Positions 59,361 through 64,000 of a DNA stretch of 64,000 nt are shown one piece after another; position 1 is the first letter of the stretch; each line of letters starts with the position of its first letter. Below the pieces are notes generated by a model. It had not been told where the DNA came from and did not search any database. It saw only the letters and a list, made by a program, of their open reading frames with translations. The position numbers and the translations under genes are program-made. The stretch comes from Candidatus Omnitrophota bacterium. Lineage in GTDB: Bacteria > Omnitrophota > Gorgyraeia > Gygaellales > Profunditerraquicolaceae. Location: positions 7,442-71,441 of the forward strand of contig JALOCB010000004.1 in assembly GCA_023227985.1 (NCBI GenBank). Direction: 5' to 3'.

Positions 59361-59420
59361 ACGCAGATTGTAGCATAACCCAGGCTAAAGGTCAAATCAG
59401 GATAGGGTGTAAAAGGCGGC

Positions 59421-60320
59421 TTAGTTGATATCTCTGGATATTACCGCGGTAGCGCAAGCCAGGCCGCCCGCCCCGTTGGCCAATTCGGCAAGTTTAAGCT
59501 CCGCGGCTATTTTGATCTTGCGCTTGCGGTAAAATTCCCTGGTTCGCGGACAATCAGCGGGCATAATGATCTTGCGCGGGGCAACGCAAACAATGTTCAT
59601 CGCCTGTTTTTCTTTGACCTCGGCATTAGCCGGGACTTTTATGATCTTTATCTTATTATTCCGCAGCAGATCAAACAGATCCATATACGGGTAATCAGCC
59701 CTGACCAAAGCCAAATCCGAATCTATTAACTGCAGACTGCCCAGCAGGTGCAGCGTGATTTTAGGCGCGGGCACGCTGATACAGCGTATCCCTTGTCCGG
59801 CCAATGTCTTTTTGACCTGCTTAAACCCTGCTGCATTAGTCCGCCTGCCAACGCCAACCACAACCAGCTTGTTATTCAGCCATAAGGCATCCGCGGCTTC
59901 AAAAGTTCCTTGCCCTTTAACCGCCCCGATCACCGGGATGCCGGATCCTTTCAGTAATTTTCTAACCTGACCGGGCTCCTTGCTTCTCACGGAACTGGCC
60001 ATCTTCGCTATTATCGCGCCTTTAGGGCTCATAAAGAAAAGATCCCGGGTGTATATCAGATTAAATAAATTCTGTCCGGCACGATCCGGATTATCCCGCG
60101 GTTTAAGCATAAACACCTTAATGCTTAACCTGCGAAAACATTCTTGGATCTTGCGGTATTCTTTTTTGATCCCCGGGTAATCTATCCTGCGTAGATGCAA
60201 CACGCTTTCCGGATCAGTGATATTCGCTATTTCCGGACCGGGCTGATAAAGCAGCACCCTGCGCAGCCGCTTATATTCCGAATCCGGGAAATTATTTCCG
60301 GGCATGCGCATTAAAACCAC
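59421..60320 (-). CDS. amidinotransferase-superfamily enzyme, DDAH-like (dimethylarginine dimethylaminohydrolase/arginine deiminase family)
   Basis: Contains GTFEAADALWL...GRRTNAAG, IIMPADCPRTRE and the C-terminal GGLACATAV catalytic Cys motif. These parallel Pseudomonas DDAH (GTVEAGD...ARTNAEG, VIMPAGYPRTRE, GGVSCMSL). Confidence 0.6.
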   Translation of the reverse strand: MVLMRMPGNNFPDSEYKRLRRVLLYQPGPEIANITDPESVLHLRRIDYPGIKKEYRKIQECFRRLSIKVFMLKPRDNPDRAGQNLFNLIYTRDLFFMSPKGAIIAKMASSVRSKEPGQVRKLLKGSGIPVIGAVKGQGTFEAADALWLNNKLVVVGVGRRTNAAGFKQVKKTLAGQGIRCISVPAPKITLHLLGSLQLIDSDLALVRADYPYMDLFDLLRNNKIKIIKVPANAEVKEKQAMNIVCVAPRKIIMPADCPRTREFYRKRKIKIAAELKLAELANGAGGLACATAVISRDIN

Positions 60321-61717
60321 TCCTTGGTATTTCTTATGTCATATCCCAGGGATCGGGCCATCCGGCCGATCCGCTTATCCTTCAAGAACGGGGCCAACAA
60401 GCGCGCCCTGGCTTTCCAACGGTATGGCTTCGGGCTCTTGGTCGCCTGAACGACCGGAAGTTTATCCAGCCCGAGCATATGAATATCCTTTTTATCCAAC
60501 CCGATAAAATCAAATATATTTTCTACCTCGGTTAACCTGCGGCCTCTGCCAGAGATGATATTCTCGTATTTTACCTGAAGGCTGTTTCTTTTTCCGCTGG
60601 CCTTGATATGATCCCGTATTGCCTTATTGGCGCTGTACCACTGAAAAGCGCAAACCTCTGCCAGGGCTTTTCCGGCGTACCCCTGCCAGCCTTCCGGCAG
60701 ATCATATTTCCACCACCATTTACCCCAATCATATTTATTAGAATACCCCCGGATATTCAGCTCTTTCACCTTAGCCCTGCCGGAAGCGCACAATCTTTTA
60801 AGATTATGCGAGAAGAACCCCCTAAAAAGCCATCCGTCATACAAACCATTGATCGAACCAAAAGGATTCCGGGTCAAATGGATAATCTTGATATCGGCGT
60901 TAGGCAGCAACTGCCGCAAAAAAGGCATATTGTAACAATCTGCCGTGGATTTTAAGAACAGGATATTATCTTTTAGGCCGGTTTTCGAGGGCGTTACCCT
61001 GGGAGATAAAAGAATAAACGGCGGCTCTTCTAGCAATACTAAATCATTCGGCGGTCCTTGAGGCAGGGATATCCCGGGGAAAGCGCCCCTTACCAACTCC
61101 TGCCGGATATCATAATAATACGGATTTATCCCCGGATATTTCCTTCTCAGCGACCTGATCAGTTCCAGATAGAAGCGCTCTTTTTTAAAAACCGCGCTGG
61201 ACGCGCCGTATCTGCGGAAAGCCCGCGATGCGCATTCCCGGAATATAACGTAGGAAAACCCGATCTGCGGCCATTGCAAAGGGAAACGCAAAGCCAGGTC
61301 ATCTATATACTCATCCAATAAGCGTTTATCAGTAAAGATACTGCCCGGGCGGGAGCCGGAAGAAAGATCGCTGAAGAGATCCCGTGAAAGGCCTGCTTTC
61401 TTTTCAGATATACGGCCCAGGGCAGCAGGTATCCTATCGGATAAAGAAAGGTCGGAAGAAAACCCGTTTAACTTGTAGAACGGCGCAGCCTCGCCGGTCA
61501 AAGAATATAACCGGGATGATCTCTTCAATACCGCGTATAGTAAGCTTGAACCGGACCGGGAAGCCGAGCTGATCACAACCGCCTTGCGCACATCCGCCAG
61601 CCCGGAGTCCCGCCATAACAACCATTGCCTCTTGGCCGCGATCTTGTCAAATATCCGCTGCCTGAGATCCAACACCCTCTTGATCTGCTTATCCGCTGGG
61701 TTTATCTTATCCGGCAT
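60311..61717 (-). CDS. sulfotransferase-family protein (long form)
   Basis: Contains a 5'-PSB-like P-loop (VVISSASRSGSSLL) and a 3'-PB-like motif (KIIHLTRNP). The protein is 468 aa and overlaps its neighbours at both ends. Confidence 0.5.
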   Translation of the reverse strand: MPDKINPADKQIKRVLDLRQRIFDKIAAKRQWLLWRDSGLADVRKAVVISSASRSGSSLLYAVLKRSSRLYSLTGEAAPFYKLNGFSSDLSLSDRIPAALGRISEKKAGLSRDLFSDLSSGSRPGSIFTDKRLLDEYIDDLALRFPLQWPQIGFSYVIFRECASRAFRRYGASSAVFKKERFYLELIRSLRRKYPGINPYYYDIRQELVRGAFPGISLPQGPPNDLVLLEEPPFILLSPRVTPSKTGLKDNILFLKSTADCYNMPFLRQLLPNADIKIIHLTRNPFGSINGLYDGWLFRGFFSHNLKRLCASGRAKVKELNIRGYSNKYDWGKWWWKYDLPEGWQGYAGKALAEVCAFQWYSANKAIRDHIKASGKRNSLQVKYENIISGRGRRLTEVENIFDFIGLDKKDIHMLGLDKLPVVQATKSPKPYRWKARARLLAPFLKDKRIGRMARSLGYDIRNTKEWF

Positions 61718-62727
61718 CTGCGCATGACCCCGATAAATTTAAGGAACCAAAATTTCTTAAGCCTTAACCCGGCGTTTTTGTCCCGGAACAAATGCGCCAG
61801 CTGCACCTTTATCATAAGAGCTGTCTCCTCGATCAGGTAACGCAGCTTGAACTTGACCCCGCCGGACCTGCGGCTTTCCGAGAGATAAAAAGGCTCGGTT
61901 AGATTATACGAGAAATGGTCGAGTTCTTCCCCGGCCATAGTTTCGATCAAAGATACCTCTTGAGGTTTCAGGCTTTTCTTGAATTTATCGAAATTGCCTT
62001 TTAGGATCGGCTTGGAAGTATTTGCCCAGGCCGAGCTCAACCCCGAGCTTTTTTTTGCCTCTTCGCCGGTGAAGAAAAAAAGCATGTCTTCAACGTACGG
62101 TTCGTCAAGGAAAGCGCACAGATCCCGGATCGTCTTTTCCGGATCGGTCAGGAGACCCTCATAACGCAGAAGGAATATTTCTTCTTTCGGTAATTTACTC
62201 AACCAGTATATGCCGGTCTGCTGCTCTTTTTTCCACAGTCTGGCGGTATAATAAACGCAGTAGCGGTTAAAGATCGTCTTCTTGGCCGAAACCGCCACAT
62301 CCCGGCAATCACGCACCATATATATGAACCTGGCGTTCGGATAATATCTTCTGACCAGTCCGACATGGTCGATCATAAAAGTGCTCTTACAGCCCCATCT
62401 CTTCTTGCCGGTGCTCTCCAGGTATTGGTCGTATACAGCGAAGTATATGCTGATGAGGCTTTTATCCAGGGCTGTTCGGAATATTTTTCCCCTGTCCAGC
62501 CCGATCTCCCAGGGATACGGATGCAACTCAACAGACCTGGCCACGTCATTGATCAGCAGCCGAAAGTTACGGTCGACGGCAAGATCGCCGTAAAACTGCT
62601 CTAATCCAAAAAAATTCTTGAGGATATGGGGGGGATGCGGTATGGCGATGTCAGGATGGGAATTCAGGATCAACCGGAGAAGGTTAGTCCCGGAACGTTC
62701 CGTGCCTATAATGAATATCGGATCCAT
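61702..62727 (-). CDS. sulfotransferase (Sulfotransfer_3-like)
   Basis: Contains IFIIGTERSGTNLL (PAPS 5'-phosphosulfate-binding loop) and YMVRDCRDVAVS (3'-phosphate-binding motif). Confidence 0.7.
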   Translation of the reverse strand: MDPIFIIGTERSGTNLLRLILNSHPDIAIPHPPHILKNFFGLEQFYGDLAVDRNFRLLINDVARSVELHPYPWEIGLDRGKIFRTALDKSLISIYFAVYDQYLESTGKKRWGCKSTFMIDHVGLVRRYYPNARFIYMVRDCRDVAVSAKKTIFNRYCVYYTARLWKKEQQTGIYWLSKLPKEEIFLLRYEGLLTDPEKTIRDLCAFLDEPYVEDMLFFFTGEEAKKSSGLSSAWANTSKPILKGNFDKFKKSLKPQEVSLIETMAGEELDHFSYNLTEPFYLSESRRSGGVKFKLRYLIEETALMIKVQLAHLFRDKNAGLRLKKFWFLKFIGVMRRCRIR

Positions 62728-62759
62728 TTGGCAATATTTACGGCTTATTCAATACGGTG

Positions 62760-63536
62760 TTATTTTTTTCCGCAGGCGATAACCATCTTCATCGAATCGA
62801 AAATGTCCCTGCCGGCAAAACGCACATTGTGGGTCCTCTTAAAATCTTCCGGGGCCCGGCGGTAGGCCTCTTTTATCTTTTCTTTTGCGCCTTTCGATAT
62901 AGCCCCGTTATCTATCCATTTATTGACCGATTCACGGGTGATGTATTCTACGTTCTTTATCCCGGAAAATCCATTCCGCTTAAGGGCAAGTGAAACATCC
63001 TGCGGCAGGAAAAAGTTCTTACGCGCGGGATTACGCAGCCTCTGCACATGAAAGGTCAATTGGCGGTCGGCTTGGCTGTGCGCGGTCAAATGGCATAAAA
63101 CCACTTTGCCTGAAGGCTTTAAAACCCTGAGCATCTCCGGCAACACCTTATCCAAATGCATGAATTGCAGGCCCTGGCGGCATACGCAAATATCAAAACT
63201 GCTGTTCTTAAAAGGCAGTTTCTCGGCGTTGCTCAACACCGTAGCGTCGGCAGAACCCTGCGCGCGCGCGATCATCTGCCTGCAGTTATCCAGGCCTACC
63301 ACATAACCCGCCTTCCGGCGGAACACCTGTGAGATCTTGCCTGTGCCGATAGCCACATCCAAAACCCGGGAGGTCTTTGACGCCCCGGACAACTGAAGCA
63401 TTTTTTTGATAAGGGTCAGGTCATTTACCCAATGCGAGGAATTGTCGTATTTTGCCGCTCTTTTCCTGAAGTGATTTCCGGGGTTTTGGCTGGGATAAGA
63501 CCTGACGGTCATTTTTATTTTTTTCCGAATAAGCAA
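62760..63536 (-). CDS. class I SAM-dependent methyltransferase
   Basis: Contains VLDVAIGTGKISQ (motif I GxGxG), an acidic motif II and motif III. Length is 258 aa. Confidence 0.75.
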   Translation of the reverse strand: MLIRKKIKMTVRSYPSQNPGNHFRKRAAKYDNSSHWVNDLTLIKKMLQLSGASKTSRVLDVAIGTGKISQVFRRKAGYVVGLDNCRQMIARAQGSADATVLSNAEKLPFKNSSFDICVCRQGLQFMHLDKVLPEMLRVLKPSGKVVLCHLTAHSQADRQLTFHVQRLRNPARKNFFLPQDVSLALKRNGFSGIKNVEYITRESVNKWIDNGAISKGAKEKIKEAYRRAPEDFKRTHNVRFAGRDIFDSMKMVIACGKK

Positions 63537-64000
63537 AACGAATGTTCCCTGGACTGGGTAAAGCCGATCTTATCCAGTATTTCCCGGACACAATCCTCGA
63601 CATTCCTGGACTCGGTGTTGATCACCATATCCGGATGCGCCGGGCTATCAAAAGGCGCCGAAACGCCGGTGAAATCCCTGATCTGTCCAGCCCGGGCTTT
63701 TTTATACATCCCTTTTACATCCCTTTGCTCGCAGACCTTCGGGCTGCATTTGACAAAAGCCAGTTTAAAGTTGCCGATAATATCTTTGACCATATTCCTC
63801 AATTCATCGGACGGAGAAACAAAACTGGCTATGACGAAATTGCCGTTGTCGTTGAATAATTTAGCGACGCAGGCGATGCGCCGGAGATTCTCTTTCCGGT
63901 CATCAGGAGAGAAGCCCAGGTCGGAATTCAAGGTGCTACGGACATCGTCGGCGTCCAGATGCACGGCCTTGAAACCCCGGTTAGACATCTCTTCCTTCAA
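63515..64000 (-). CDS. cysC: adenylylsulfate (APS) kinase; 5' end lies beyond the window
   Basis: Contains ...HLDADDVRSTLNSDLGFSPDDRKENLRRIACVAKLFNDNGNFVIASFVSPSD...KGMYKKARAGQIRDFTGVSAPFDSPAHPDMVI, which is the CysC core. The N-terminal P-loop is absent, so the gene continues past 64000. Confidence 0.8.
   Translation of the reverse strand: MKEEMSNRGFKAVHLDADDVRSTLNSDLGFSPDDRKENLRRIACVAKLFNDNGNFVIASFVSPSDELRNMVKDIIGNFKLAFVKCSPKVCEQRDVKGMYKKARAGQIRDFTGVSAPFDSPAHPDMVINTESRNVEDCVREILDKIGFTQSREHSFCLFGKK

Noticed and set aside
1-64000. tRNA, rRNA and mobile-element genes (transposase, integrase, phage)
   Set aside because: No cloverleaf-capable region was found in the few real intergenic gaps. 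No transposase or integrase-like ORF was found. The gaps are explained by promoters, terminators and the hairpin repeats.

Overview
This is a 64-kb chromosomal window, GC around 50%, from what looks like an anaerobic bacterium with a Gram-negative-type envelope. The anaerobic call rests on superoxide reductase, a flavodiiron protein, rubredoxins, a membrane H+-pyrophosphatase, L-lactate dehydrogenase and the Asd-independent homocysteine pathway. The Gram-negative-type envelope call rests on bamD, lptE, lnt, an lpxL-like gene, secA and murJ. Roughly 69 genes are present and all but two lie on the minus strand; only a CDF transporter and rpsT are on the plus strand. Housekeeping genes identified include uppP, nadA, birA, hppA, sufBC, lgt, secA, prfB with its +1 programmed frameshift, pilT, murJ, rpsT, leuS, nfo, lnt and comEA/comEC. 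Accessory content includes an oxygen-detoxification cluster (glutaredoxin, PNPOx-like protein, superoxide reductase, rubredoxin, FprA, Hrb), a COG1900 / NifU-like / NIL-ferredoxin homocysteine-biosynthesis triad, a Ca-P-type ATPase, an AmmeMemoRadiSam radical SAM enzyme with none of its usual partners, and a CsgG-like lipoprotein pair. A terminal cluster is predicted to carry out sulfation: a DDAH/amidinotransferase-family enzyme, two sulfotransferases, a methyltransferase and APS kinase. The most unusual features are these. (1) A 1021-aa ORF fuses a complete EF-G to an N-terminal transmembrane helix, a ~200-aa coiled coil and a Pro/Glu-rich linker, outside the str-operon context. (2) A dispersed family of tandem hairpin repeats of the form ACACC-stem-AUCGGAA-loop-stem-GGGTGT lies in the 5' intergenic regions of three minus-strand genes; at two of those loci a conserved 16-bp palindrome is fused to the Shine-Dalgarno sequence. 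(3) Two small genes are missed by the ORF track: a 52-aa rubredoxin and a 26-aa highly basic bTHX-like peptide. No CRISPR array, tRNA, rRNA or transposase was recognised. Coordinates derived by hand, rather than taken from the ORF track, may be off by 1-2 nt.
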